DNA from: Lingula anatina
Taxonomy: Eukaryota > Animalia > Brachiopoda
Direction: 5' to 3'
DNA length: 64,000 nt
NCBI GenBank assembly: GCA_051362555.1
Contig: CM120648.1
Coordinates: 13,636,587-13,700,586, forward strand
Position numbers and translations under genes: made by a program. Of the stretch, positions 25,001-38,569 are shown in pieces. The notes beneath the pieces are model-generated. The model searched no databases. It was not told the DNA's origin and saw nothing but the letters and a program-made list of their open reading frames with translations. Position 1 is the first letter of the stretch; the number at the start of each line of letters is the position of its first letter.

Positions 25001-27734
25001 TTTTCATTTAATTTCAGTACTTCGTGACCACTGTCTACGATGAAACTAGACGCACTCCCTGAAAAGATTCGTGTTCGCCAGCGCCCGCACCCATGTCAAC
25101 GTTATCTTGCGTGTCGAAGTTTGTCTATAGTCAACTTGCAGGGTTAACATTTGATTTGGTTTGAAAATGAAATGTAAAGTTTGTTTTGGTTTGTAATATT
25201 CTGCATCAAAACGTGTATCAAATGAAGTGCAGCTTGTAACGAGTGATTTATTCATGAAAATTTTAATAAAAAGAACTAAATCCAAGCGTCAACCCTGCAC
25301 GTCGCTGGTTTATTATTATACATGTGTAAAAAGGTTGTATTACAGCAGTCTATCCGCACACTATGTTTTCATTGTGATTTATTTATTTATTTTTCTTTAT
25401 ACCCATCAGTTCTCTAGCCTGAAACGACACTTTTTAAGTTCTCCTAAAGCAAAAAAAGTGCCTTGCTTAAGTGATCTATAAAAATAAAACTAATAATTGT
25501 AAAATTATCATTAAGTGATGTGCAGGTAGAGCACTGTGCTAGTACGACAGATTTAATATTTTATTGTAAAATTTTGCGTGTGGGCAAATTTGTAATAAGA
25601 CACGAAAATGCATGTTTATGTATATTAAATTGGATACAAATATTGATGTTAATGAAGTTAACTTTAGAAAAAATAAGTCGCCACTCCATTACATAAAACG
25701 CATACAGGAATTTTATTGTGGGTTCATCTGAAGAAATGAACGAGGTGTAAATTTATAAACTGAAAACGATTTTATCCAAATTATGACACTTAAGAATTAA
25801 TGGAAGTATGAAATTGTAAAATGTGCTCAAGTTATTGCAGAATTGCCCACACGTATTGAAACGGGTCTTTCTAAAACTGAATATGCGGTTATGACGCATG
25901 CTAAGAATAAACTTCCTTTGGTTTCCGGTGTTTTGCTATACTAGCGATGGACTCATAGTTTTATTGCTGGGAGGGGGTAGAAATGTTTCTGTTTTCAGGA
26001 AATCAAACCATGGGTTGGGGTATTTTTTTTTTCGAAATTAATATGTTTATGTTGTAAAAGAAGGAAAATTAACTTTTTATCTTCATTACAAAGCGAAAAT
26101 GTTCACAAAGAGAAACGGTGAATAGTAGAAAGTGTTTCATTTTGGCAACTTTTTTCAATTAAAACGTATATGTAGGACTGGCATTTATTGCATCTTTTAC
26201 AACTTGAAATTTGAAAAATCCATATCAAATCCTTATCGAAAACTTCAACTGTCGCAAAGCTTTGTTTTGGGGGCATTTCCTAGCAATTAAACGAACTTTT
26301 GTAGACTGTCAACGTTTGTCAACCCTCTAAAAGCACGAAATTTATCAGTTAATTGCCAATTTACTGACGTATCTTCTAAAAAATCCTTTTTTCTTTTGTG
26401 ATTTTTTTTCTAATAAAATATGAAAAATCAGAAAAATCAGAAAAATGGCACTTGATTGGTTAAAGTTTTACGCAAAATTAGAAGGTGAGTGTTTTATTTA
26501 ATGTTGATCTTGTACTTGGTACTTTCTTAATTCTGTATTTCGGTCGGGATCAAGGGGTGATTGAGAACAAAAGGCCTGATATAGTGCCAGTCCTGCACGT
26601 GCTGTTGGGTTATTTTTGCTGAGTGTTTCTTGATCACTGGACACCGGAGACCGTTGAATTTATTAGCATTTTCTGAGTTATTTTAAGTAAACTTGTTTTT
26701 CGAAAACCTTTTCAATTTTGTTTACATATTGTTCTTAAAAATGACTATGACTGGGATAAGGTTGTAAACTTACTATGTCTTCATGCTGTTCTTGATTCGC
26801 ACGACGCATAAATTTAAGTGTTCATTCGATATTATGCCACCTAAGTCTTATTTTAAGATTTACATAGAAGAAAACTGGCGCAAAATATAAGGAACATATC
26901 TATTTATCTATAAGAAAAAGCACTCATCAAATTAACAATTGATTAATGTTTGACTGGTGCTTGGTGTTGTGTGTGATCATCAGCATGGCGACATAGAGTA
27001 AGTTGTGGTGTCATGAGTGTGTACCCGCGTGCGGGGGGAACGCTTACATGAGATCATATGCATTTTGAATTTTCCATTTACACCACCCATGAATTTGGAT
27101 AAAAATGTCATCGGTAAAATTTTGGATCAGTCAAGTATACAAATACACCAATGACAACGATAGTTGTAAAATACATCACGTCAAATCTTCAACTTTCTCT
27201 TTTAAGTAACACCGAAAACCTGAGAATTTCTTGTTCTGGTCAGTATTATGTCGTCTCGTATGTAGTGTTCTTGATCACTTTTTCAAAACCAAAACGATTG
27301 ATCTTGAGCGACAATTTTCAAAATGCATAGAACCTCCAAACACATTTTGTTGTAGATAGTCGTATTTAAGCTTGATTTACATCTCGAAATGCGAAGTTGT
27401 TATGAAAATTACTTTTTATGTAGAGTCGAAACGTTATGCATGGGTTTTGCATTCATCTGTATAGTGGAATTGCTTGTATTTGTTATAATAAACGTACATA
27501 AAAGTTGTAATAGATGTAGTTTCAAAATGTGCTATGGTCATTCCTGACTTTCTTTTCTCCAGCTCGACTCGAACCGTTGCTTATTAATCAGTCGCCTTCT
27601 TCTCTATCTTGGTCTGTCGCCTTACCCACTGAGCTACTGCCTCAGTTTGCTTTTCCTATTTCGCACGCTCCTCTTGTAGTTGTTCAAATTGTTTATTTGG
27701 TTTTATTTTTGCAAAAGGTAATTTGCTGGGACCT

Positions 27735-27808
27735 AGAAGCGCCAGGAATCGAACTGGGGACCTTCTGTCTCAGAGCCAAGCGCGTTACCCACTACTCTAA
27801 GTGTTCCC
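27735..27808 (-). pseudogene. tRNA-like sequence, paralog of 662-735
   Basis: Minus strand has A box tagagtagtgg and B box gttcgattcc. Confidence 0.65.
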
Positions 27809-28417
27809 ACCCACCCTCCCCGGGTAGACTTTCTTCTTATAGTAACCAAAGAAAATTTCTAATAGCACCTCTTTGTAATTCCAAAGTGCTCGAGCCAAGA
27901 ATCTAACCCCAACCCTAGGCTACCACTGAGCCATGAAGTTGTCAGGAAAGACGCTAAGACATTTGTATATTCAATAAGTTTATTCTTCGAGAAATACAGA
28001 TTGCTTCTATGTATTCAATTACTTTAAAAGATACAGCTGTAAAACATCATTGTCTTAAGTCTTTTTATTACTATAAGTATATATTCGACTTGACAAATAA
28101 ACTATCTACCACACTAATGGTCTTATGTTTGTTCTTAATGACAAAAAATATATTTCAACTTCTTCATTAAAAAAAACAACAAAAAACAATGGTGGATCTA
28201 GACTCCGCCCTCCCCGAGGAGAGAGATCCATTCTGGACTCACATGATCAAGTTCTCAAAATACTCCATCTCGTTCCAAAGGTCAACATTTGACCCCATTA
28301 ACATATCCTTGATCCACCAGTGTTTTTCTCTATATAACAATGACAATTATGAGATTTTTATTAAATGGTATGTTTAAAATTGAACGCTTATTAAGTCGGA
28401 CACACTTTCGTTGTTAA

Positions 28418-28613
28418 AACCCCCTTTACACTGGACGACGTCCTTTCTGCGTCCTTTGTGCGACCATGAAACTGACATAGAGGCACAAGCACCACTTTGG
28501 TTGCAGAATGAATGCTCAATGATCGGCCAGATGTCGGCACGATTTTTTTTTTACTCTCAAACGGGGCCGTACCACGGGACGCAGAAAGGACGCCGTCCAG
28601 TGTATAGGGGGCT
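28418..28613. mobile_element. PIF/Harbinger-like MITE
   Basis: ~35-bp TIRs ccccctttacactggacgacgtcctttctgcgtcc / ggacgcagaaaggacgccgtccagtgtataggggg with TSD TAA. Absent at the paralogous site ~1445. A solo TIR lies at ~42492-42530. Confidence 0.85.
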
Positions 28614-30988
28614 TAAGCAAAACAAAAAGTGTCAAAATACGTAAAAAACAAATACAGCGTTTACCCAGCTTTTGACAAAATTGAAATAGTAATGAACATT
28701 AGATTATAAAAGGAATATGATATTGATAAAAATCCTTACAAAAACTATTTAGAAAACAAACTACATGTTCACTTATGAAATCTGGATTAAAATCCAAGGA
28801 ACATATCACGATATTTCTCATATTCTCTCTACATCCATTTCAATTTCAAAAATCTTGTATTAAACAATTTGCAACCTTCTGAAAATAGATTGTTCTACAT
28901 ACGAGAAAATATCCCTAATTTCTGCATCGTCTGGTTAATAGAAGGAAAGATGCTAGAGAGAATTGCCTAAAACAGTTAAATTTGAAAAATAAAATAATTT
29001 TCAATCACATAAATGGTCCCGTCATCTTTACCCACAACCTGTATTTCTTTAACAGATAAATGGCAAAAATATCAGTTATTTTTCATGATAAAACGTGTCA
29101 TATTTTACATTGTTAGAACTATACGTTCAGAGATAAGTAAAACACAAAAGTAGTTTCTTTTACATCATATGAAGGGCATTTTACATGTACGAAATCAGCT
29201 TTTCAAGAAGGAATATATCTCAAATGGAAATTTCTTAATTCTACATACTTCACTTGTGACACAAAATAATCGATCTTGATTCGTAAAATGACATCTCTTA
29301 CTCAACAAGACAGCAAATTTCAAGAGACGATAATCCTTTTTCTCATCCGAACAATAAAAGAAAGACACACAATGAGCGTCAGTCAATATATTCTAGATTT
29401 CAATCAATTTTGAGAATCAGACTGAAGAATGCACTCACGCTGGTAAAAAGAGAAATTTAGAATTCCACACCGGACTTGTAGAATATATCAACGATTTCGA
29501 TAATGTGTCCCATGGTGATTTAGGTGAAACTCAATATTATAGAATACTGAATATTATAGAAAAATATTTTGCTTTAAACCGACATAGAATTTGTGCATTT
29601 TTGCGTACTTAATTCCCATCTAAACTAGAAAGTCATCCCGTGCTGTCTTGCTGAAGAAATACCACAAAAACGTCAATTTAGCTCACACATTTTAATGAAA
29701 TGAAATATTATATATTTATTTATGAAATATTGCAAATATTCGAAATGAAAGTATTACTGTATACTGTATACTGTTATAACCCCTTAATATTTCAATTATG
29801 TTCTTTACTTCGGAAATGGACGTTTGTTACTATACCTATATCAAATTCCGTAATTCCACTACCAACCGCTCACTACCGAGTATATATCAATAGCCAGACC
29901 CTCACAAGTCATTTCACAGCATTTCCCCCTCCTTGGCCATTTCTCACGATAAACTTCCACTGCCACTACTATATCTACCGATGAAGTCCAAAATATTAAA
30001 CATGAAGTGCAACTGCATCTTCCTTTGTTGTATGAGACGTGATGAGATGAAGGAGGAAAAAATGGTACGTGGGGAAAATGCTGGGAAATGATCAAAACCA
30101 CGTTTAAACAAACGGGTGTCAAAATACTTCTCAAAAATAAATCACTAGTAACTTATCACCAAATACCTCACATTGGTTTCTTAAAACGTTATATTGTTAT
30201 GGCTGAAATAATGATATTCGTATACTTAATATCTAAGCCGCCTTCCCTCCACTTCCTGATAACTCAGCACTGAGGCAGTGACGTCTCCTTCCAGGCTGTA
30301 CATCTCATTACATTCATGGTAGGGGGCGGTGGCAGGCTGAAGTGGCCGCCTTTCATTTTCAACTCTCACCAATATTTTACATATGAAACTTTGTTATTTG
30401 TTATTTACAACATTAAAAATACACAGGACGAATTTGTGTTCAGCACATTTTAAAATGTACCAGAAGAAAATTAACATTAGATCCTTATCCACCCCAAACT
30501 GAAGTGACATTATGTAGGTCACTGGCTATCTTGATATTACGTAATATTGCACACTGATTTTAATATCTGAACAGTTTTTGTTGTTTGACCAACAGACCAT
30601 GTGATTGAGCCATTTGGAGGTAAACAGAAATGCTGCAATCGGAAATTCGGCACCTTGTTTTAGATTTGTAATTTTACGGACATAACATAACCAGTGAATT
30701 ATTTGTGAATATACAATGCTTTTATATTTTTATCTGCACAATAAAATTAATTTTGATGCATGTGATTTTCTCATCTTTCTCTCATGAATACGTGTGTGTG
30801 CGCGCACGCACGCACGCGTTCTATATTGTTAGCAAATCTACTAATCAAATGGTAATTTGGTTCCCTACGATTAATGATTTATAAAAATTAAAGTAAAAGA
30901 CAAAACAGTAAAGTTATAGGTTATCTTCAAACTATCAGAGCTGTTTACGTACCGCTGTCACCCTTACTGAAGCCCAAAACCACACCAA

Positions 30989-31203
30989 GGCTCTATTCCC
31001 ATAGATTTTAGAACGATCTATCCCCGCGGGGAGTCTCACTAGATTACTTTCAGATAATCCGACTTAAATGTCCGTCCCGCCTACTACAAGCTGTAAGGGG
31101 GTAATTAACTTTCGTGTCCGCCCGGCTGACAGCTATTTAGCGTGAACCCCCAGGGAGTTAGGTCGATCTAAAGTAGGTCGATCTAATCTATGGAAATGGG
31201 GTG
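30989..31203 (+). mobile_element. PIF/Harbinger-like MITE (same family as 9667 and 18746)
   Basis: Homologous sequence with 3-bp TSD CAA. Absent at the paralogous site ~3823. Confidence 0.85.
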
Positions 31204-31374
31204 CAAGTTTGGGAGTTTCGATACGTTTTTAAGGCCAACGTTTGGAAAAACAAAAATTTTCCAATATCTCTAATATGAAATAAGCATAATGATAATAGCG
31301 CAATAAAAGATAATATAGTTAGACTACTGCAACTCTTTACTCTATGGCTGTACCAAAGAAAGAATAGAAAAAAG

Positions 31375-31515
31375 AAATACTGCAGCGATTTCAAAAAAAT
31401 TCAGCGCCTATTCTAACCCCCTACACCCAGGGAGACTCATATCACACCTATTTTAAAACAGTTGCACTGGCTTCCTGATAGAGCACGTATTTTATTCAAA
31501 ATTTTAATTTTCATG
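31375..31515 (+). mobile_element. L2/CR1-group LINE 3' fragment
   Basis: Translates to HITPILKQLHWLPDRARILFKIL. Related remnants lie at ~3900-3975 and ~60588-60650. Confidence 0.7.
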
Positions 31516-31747
31516 AATACAGGTTTTTTCAATCAGTATGAACTGTATTTCGTGTACGTTTGCATACGCAAGAGGAGCTGTAAGTTTTCAAGCATACAAT
31601 TACAATCTGACCGCGAAGTGCAAAATACATGTTTGTCACCGTCTCCAGACACCCCTACATCAATAGGTAAATGCTGTACTCCTTCACAGGAACCAGATTT
31701 TTTCTTTAGATCCTGTCCGTTTTGGTCAGATGTTAAGGGAGAAGTAC

Positions 31748-34610
31748 AGACAGTGTACGTGCAAATGAAGCGTTCCGCGTGTGTCGACAGTGATCTCCTT
31801 GGTAGATACGTGGTGTGCTGCCGAGTTCTTTTAGTCTGTGGTTTGGGACAAGTTGAAGGTAGAATCCATGGACATGATCCCTGGGATCGTGAATTAAACG
31901 TTATCTGTCGCTGGGATCGTGAACTAAACGTTATCTGAAACAGACATGGAAACAAAACTTAAAATTGCACTGATACACAACATTATTCACAGTTTAGGTG
32001 ACTCTCTAACGTACATTCCAAGCCATTGAATTGTCTCTAAAAATGGACCTGTCCAGTAAAAAGTACCGCTCTTCGGAAGACGACCTCAATCCAGACCCAA
32101 ACGATAACTCTCACCTGTCATCTCAGTTAACAACCTTTCGGAACTGCCACAGACAAAAAAGTTCGTTAACTAGCAAGTCACATGTATCACATGATGCTTT
32201 TAAAAATTCGAAACTAAATCACAGCATAGCTAAGGAAATCAAGTAAAATTCTTGCATCGCTCCTGTCCATAATGAATACACTAATAGATCATATCATACA
32301 AATAAATTATGCTATATTCTACCACGGAGCCGAAGGTGAGGAGAGCAGCCAATATGACCAATAGGCAGTCCTTCTACTCTCCACCAAGGGTCGGCTGGGG
32401 GACGGGGGTGTTTTATTATTTTAATTTCAAAGTTTCTCGCTGGACAACACAAAAACTGGTGCAGAATTGGCCAGAAAAATATCTGTGACATTTTAATGAA
32501 AAATTCTCTGTGTGGCCCTGGTAGGGGTTACTACTGTCCTTTCAACAATACAAGCGAGACTCCAGCTGATTCTGATGCCGTCTCAACCATGATTGTGACG
32601 GATTCCACAAATATCACCCCATTGTGTTAGTGAAGACATAACGTGAGACGGGGAAGGGAGGGAGATAGCATGTACGTGTATTGCAATGATTGGAGTGTTT
32701 GAAGGGGAATGTGGTGGAGTAGAGGGGGGTGAGGGATTATAACGAGGATGGATGTAGGGGAGAGGAAGGGAGACACAAAAATATCTGTTCGCAACAGTTG
32801 CACTAACTCACGAGGAACATTTCCAGGTTGTCCCCAACAGCATCTAAGAGACTTCTGGAAACTCACCTCAGCATACATGTGGCAGTGTAAATAGTAGTAG
32901 CAGTGCATATAGTAGTAGGCCTACAAGATAAAGCAGTAGTGGTGAGAGTAGTAGTATAAGAGCAGTAGTATAGAAGGCAATATATTACTGGCATACGTTG
33001 TATATAAGTAATACTCACTGCACGTGGCTGTGATGACAATACAATTAAATCTAGGAAACCGATCGATTGAGCAATGTGCAGATCTCGATTCGTTACCCTT
33101 ATAAAGGACAGACCCCCCCCCCCCCCCCACACACACACACAAAGACGCGCGGGCGCACAAACAGTTTTTGATAAAAATACAAATATATGAGACTGAAATT
33201 TCTCTCAGGTGCGCCCGCAAACATTTAGAAAATGCACACATAATTCCCGGACAAATATAGTTAAAATTTACTAAATATCCAGTCCTAGGTTTCATTTGTC
33301 GTATAAGATGTCCGTACGTTGTCCATGTATTGTCCATATGCCCCTACTTGTGTGGAGTCCGTTACTTAACCTTCAAGTCATGTGGCAGAAATGTTACGGC
33401 GCTCGTATCGAACGTCCATAGACACTTACAGTACAAAAATACGGAAAATTAATTTCTATTTCATGGTACATGTAAGGCGTCTGTGAAAAATGTAGCCTGG
33501 GCTTTAGCAGATCGCTCATAATGATAATCTCTCCAATGGCGACTTCCGAATTTAGTTCTAGATACTTACGTGTAATTTACTATTGTCCATCTAAATGTTT
33601 ATGCTTGTATTTGAATTTATCTGGTTTTCGATTTTATTAATGTCTCGGATAAACCTATTTTATCTTTTCTCCCCTCCCCCTCTCTCGCACGCGTTTTTAA
33701 TCTCTTTATCTTTTTTGCTAACCCAAAATATGTTTTCTGTCACTGTGAAGACATTTCAAATGAGCATTCTCAGTTGGGAAATGGGTGCCCTCTACCAGGG
33801 CCAAAGTCATTGTGCTGTGGACATTTTCTGCTTTTACAGTACAGAGATTAGTCATCTATTTAACCAGAGACGTATCTTTGAATATCTAGTGAAAAATCAA
33901 TCTATGACCCTGGTAGAGGGTAGCCAGAGGCTGCGGTGTGTTGATTTTGATGCTGTCTCAACCATGATTGTGACGGACTCCACAAATATCAGCCAATTGC
34001 GTTAGTGAAGACTTAACGCGAGACGGGGAGGGAGGATGAAATGTTTATAAAGAAATTACCTAATAATCCACTGAAAATGACAATATGATATTTAAATTTG
34101 AATTAAAATATGATATTTTAGTTTAAATTAGATGTCGACGATCTATTCAGTACAGAAAGTTAGATTAAAAGGAAATATGTTGAAATTAAACGGCACAAAA
34201 ATGATGGGGTAGTAATTCACAAAAATGAACTTTAAAAATGACGTCCATTGAGAAAGAGCGCCATTACTACAAACGCAGCACTGGGAAATTAACTGGCAAA
34301 GCGTCAACGCTACGAAAAGAACTAAAACTAAAAAAGGTTACAAATGGAACAAAAAGTGCCGATACGTACCTGGAGTCAAAGTTCGCTATTTTTGAACTAC
34401 ACAAACTGTCAGGGATTAATTTTCACATCAAGTATGTTTGCCGACTTGCTAGAAAATTGCACATTTTCATTTATGCACTAGGGCCTATTTGCCCGACTAA
34501 CCAGAATATAGATCAGGAAACATACAACAGAAGTGCCAGTGAATGCGATTTCGTGCTTTGCCGAACTGTCCCCATAGACAATGGGCTAAAAAAAGTAGTG
34601 CAGTTTTGAA
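31748..34610. repeat. Duplicated block B, copy 1 (paralog of ~61665-63985)
   Basis: Colinear similarity. ORFs 31533-31955/61637-61867 and 32921-33337/62279-62644 are paralogous pairs. Confidence 0.92.
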
Positions 34611-35651
34611 GGACAGAATGATTATTTCATTTTTTAATTAAAAATGAATTTTTTGCGAAGTGGGATATTTGGGACTTCACAAAGAAATCTCAACAATATT
34701 TCAAAAAATGTTCCAGTAACATTGAAAGTTAGGCTAACGACGTGAGTGTCACCTCTACCTGTGGTATGAAAAAAGCTGAATCCTCGACGAAAGCCACACA
34801 ACGGAGACTGAAATATCGGAGCGCAAAAATTGACTTGTTTTAATTATTGATTACAACAGGCTGTTAGTATGACTAAGTTGTAAAACAGCTGATGGATTTC
34901 TTGAAATATAGAAAGACTTGAATTAAAATATGATAAATTTCTTAATTGCCGTTTTTTTTTTCTTTATCATTTTGTACAGTCAAAGTATTTTATTGTAGCA
35001 AACTGCTACTTGTAACAACACATTTCTAACCGAGGCGTTACTTTCCTAAGCATAAAAAATAGTTGTGTGTGTGTATGTGTGTGTGTGTGTTTGTGTGTGT
35101 CGGGGTAGGGGACGTATGTTGTCAATGTTGACAGGTTTGTAATGGTCCGGGAGAATAGAGGAATTTGAGTTACAACAGTGATAATGCTACAGTATTTGAC
35201 CTCAGAAACATTCTCAACATGATTGTGACGGTGTCCATGAATTTCATCATATTGTGCTAGTGAAGACAGCGATAAATGACAGAGGGCGCTGATATGATCA
35301 TTTTTCTTATAATTTTTCTGAGTCTCATAATAATTTTTTAAATACTGGAAACTTTTTGTACAGAATTCAGTTATTGCAAAAGTGTCCAAATATCATGAAT
35401 TTCATTTATATAAAAAGAGAGTACTATGTAACAGTGGTAACCGTACTTGAGGCCCCATCAGGCGATGCATTTTTTCCCTTGGAATTCACGTCGAGATGTT
35501 GTCCAGGATCGAGAAGCTATCTGTGTCTATGAAGCTAATTCTTTGTTAATTTTTACCTATATATAATAATGATTATATTAATGATCATGGGCCTATTTGA
35601 TCAATACTTTCATCAAGCTTTATCATTTTCTTGCCTTAAGAATTCCAGTCC

Positions 35652-35788
35652 CGGTAATTTTAACTGCCAGACTTTGCTCAGAATAATATCCACAAATTTT
35701 TACTGCAAAGTCTGGAGAATCAAAATGAATGTATTCACAGAATCAATGAAATGTGTTGTGTTTATTTGAATCAACAAATGGAGACAAC
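35652..35788. repeat. Inverted copy of the 12080-12220 repeat
   Basis: Reverse-complement match. Confidence 0.85.
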
Positions 35789-35854
35789 AAACGGGGGAAT
35801 CTGTTAAATGCGGACGGCTCCTACAATTTCCTTGTAGAATAAAAGAACTCTAAT

Positions 35855-36150
35855 ATCTCGTGATTTATAGATATCAATCAAAGCTGTCAAATTTTACAGT
35901 TTGATTGTCGGTAAAGTAAACATACGTCAATCACATCCATACCGCCAGAGAACTTTTATCTCCTGTGATTGATAGGCGCCAATCAGACCTGTCAAATTTG
36001 ACAACTTGATTGACGGTTAGTTAAAACAAACGTCAATCACAATCATCCCGCAAAGAAACTTTTATCTCCTGTGATTGAGAGGTGCCAATCAAAACTATTA
36101 AAAGTGGATGGCTTGATTGGCAGCTATATCAACAAACGTCAATTATCATA
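35855..36150. repeat. Degenerate ~105-bp tandem repeat x3
   Basis: The pattern 'atctc..gtgatt.a.ag...caatca...ctgtcaaa...ttgattg.cg...acgtcaat' recurs three times. Confidence 0.8.
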
Positions 36151-38569
36151 CTGGTGATCAAGTATAGCTGTCGAACAATGTAAACGCCGTAGAGAGCGGA
36201 CTGTCCCCAGGATTATTTAAATAAGTAAATTAAAATATAGAGGAGAGGAGGTAAAAGAAATATTCCGGTGTCAGCTAGGTTAGTGATTAAAGGTATTCAA
36301 TGTATAAGAAACTAAAGACGTAATGTGTTCATCATCTTTTAGTCACATTCTGTTTATAATGATTGACTTTTGTGAAACTTCAGGTAGGAAATAATTTTCA
36401 CCCCAGTATTTTTGCAGTATTTTTCTTTTCATTTTTTTTCTTTTCTTATCTTTCATTCTTTTTTTATTTATATAATTACATGTATTTTTATATAATTATT
36501 TATTTAGTTAGATTTTTGTTTATTTGCTTCCAAAAATATATTTTATATAATTTTATCCTACCAGATTCTAAATTACATCATTTCCCTTAGTGTGACATGG
36601 GTTCTGCACACCGCTGTGGTGAGACTATGTAGAGTTGGTTAAGTTAAAAGCGTACACGGTCACCAAGAACCTCTCCCCTAAAATTCTCGTGGAATTCAAC
36701 ATGCCAAGTGATCAGCCCGAGGCCGAGGTTTAATATGCCACGATGGGTCGCTCCACTTGGAGAATTCGATTTTGGCTATAAAAAGAAATAAGCGTCACAC
36801 CCACTTCCCATATGAGAGGGGTATTTTCGAAGTGGATATGATTACAGCAGTGACTTAGAATTAAAATATGGTTTATTTACATTCAGCTACAAATAAGACA
36901 GTTTTAAGACTTTTCCTTCCGTTTTTCCAAAAGAGAGCTTTACACGAAAATAATGCATATTCAAATATAAACAGAAAATCATTAAAGTGAAAGCCTTATA
37001 CATTTCTTACTTTTGACGGGCATCTGGTACTGTCTATAGAAAAACTCAAACGTTTACACCATTTTTCTCAACTTTGTTTGGCTTTAAATTCAGAAATACA
37101 GTCAGTGTCGTTATTTATAAATGAAGCAGTGTTTTTGTTTACCGCGCTAACCTCCGGACGTCACCAATGAGTAAAGAAAGTGTACAGACGTGCAATAAAC
37201 AGATATTCTTTACAGTTTAAGGTGCCCGTGTTAAAGTTAAAAAAGTCTCGGTCTTACATATTTGCACTAGCAGGCAGTTTTTTTTAGTTATGTTTAATAA
37301 ATAAATCCAATCAAGCAAAGTGTATTCAATCGAGTTAATAACACTTAACAATGTTTCGCAATTTTAATTGTTTAAAAACAACTTAAAATTTTAATTGTTT
37401 AAAAACAACTTCGTAATTAATTTGTTTAAAAACAACTTAAGAAAGTACACTGTACTTAAAATATGCATCGGAGTTAAGATTAGCGTCAGTCTGATAAGTT
37501 ATTATTATTATTAGTAGTAATTGTAGCAGCAGCAACAGTAGTAGTATTGTTGTTATTATGACTTTATTTTTTACCGTATTTCATTCTGATGAGCCATAGG
37601 GCTCAAGGGTTTAATAAAATTGTATTATCAGTATCTCCATTCTTATGATTTCGGGTTAGAGGTGTATTGCAATTTATCATTCTTGCATGGAGAAAGCGCT
37701 CTTGTATTCTGACCTTAAAAGTTTCCAAAAAAAAAAATAAATAAATAAATAAAATAAAATAAATAAATAAATAATATGATAATAATAATAAAATAATAAC
37801 AATAAATAAAAGTCATTTCCAGCACACTGATCATATCACACATACCCAAAACCGCATTTATTTATTTATTTCTATATGATAAGGACAGTAGGCTGAGAAA
37901 AAATGTTTGCAGTGGGGATGGGAGCTTATTCCCCACCCCACTCCGCCCTTACATAATTCAGCCACGTCCGTTCTTAGCGGGGAAGGGGAAGATGGGCCCT
38001 GTTCATTTCTTTACGCTTTGCATATTTGTAAACAAGTTCGTGATACATTGCATTGAGGGCCAAGACCGCAGTCAGTCGATGGCCAACTTCAAGTGAGTAA
38101 TCTCCTCCCCTCCCCTCCCCCCCCCCCCCCCACTCCCGCCTCCTCCTAACCGGTGATCAGTTTGCACTGAAATCATGCCTGCAGACGAGACACTTACTTG
38201 ACATGGAACACCCCCTGACGTATAAAGTTGGACCTAGAAGAGTGGTCAGGAACCCATTGAAGAGTTCTCACTGTCCTTGTTCATCCTCTTGCTTTAGGTC
38301 AAACATACCATATCTCATAACATCGATTTACACTTATGTTATTCAATTGATATTTTCATTCTTACAAAATCAGTTGATTGTGGACAGAAATGCTGCTATT
38401 TTACAGAAAGAGCTTATATTGCTATTATGGTCACGATGTGGTAAGTGTGCAAGTAAATGGAATGAGCTAGAGGATTATGTGGACTTCATTGCGGCAGTTG
38501 CCTCTCTCTCTCTCTCAAAATTTGGGCTTCATGAACATTTTAAGACCATTGACCATTGTCTTCAGGGCA

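Larger units (their letters stand above)
27160..31520. repeat. Duplicated block A, copy 2
   Basis: Colinear with 167-3990. Carries two MITE insertions that are absent from copy 1. Confidence 0.92.

Noticed and set aside
32575-32640. U1 snRNA or snoRNA
   Set aside because: Only 'accatgat' is shared with U1. There is no U1 5' end, Sm site or proper C/D box pair.
38005-38500. Minus-strand exon chain (YGMFDL...FHVK / DYSLEVGHRLTAVLAL)
   Set aside because: Splice phases do not match, the acceptor is purine-rich, there are in-frame stops, and I do not recognise the protein.
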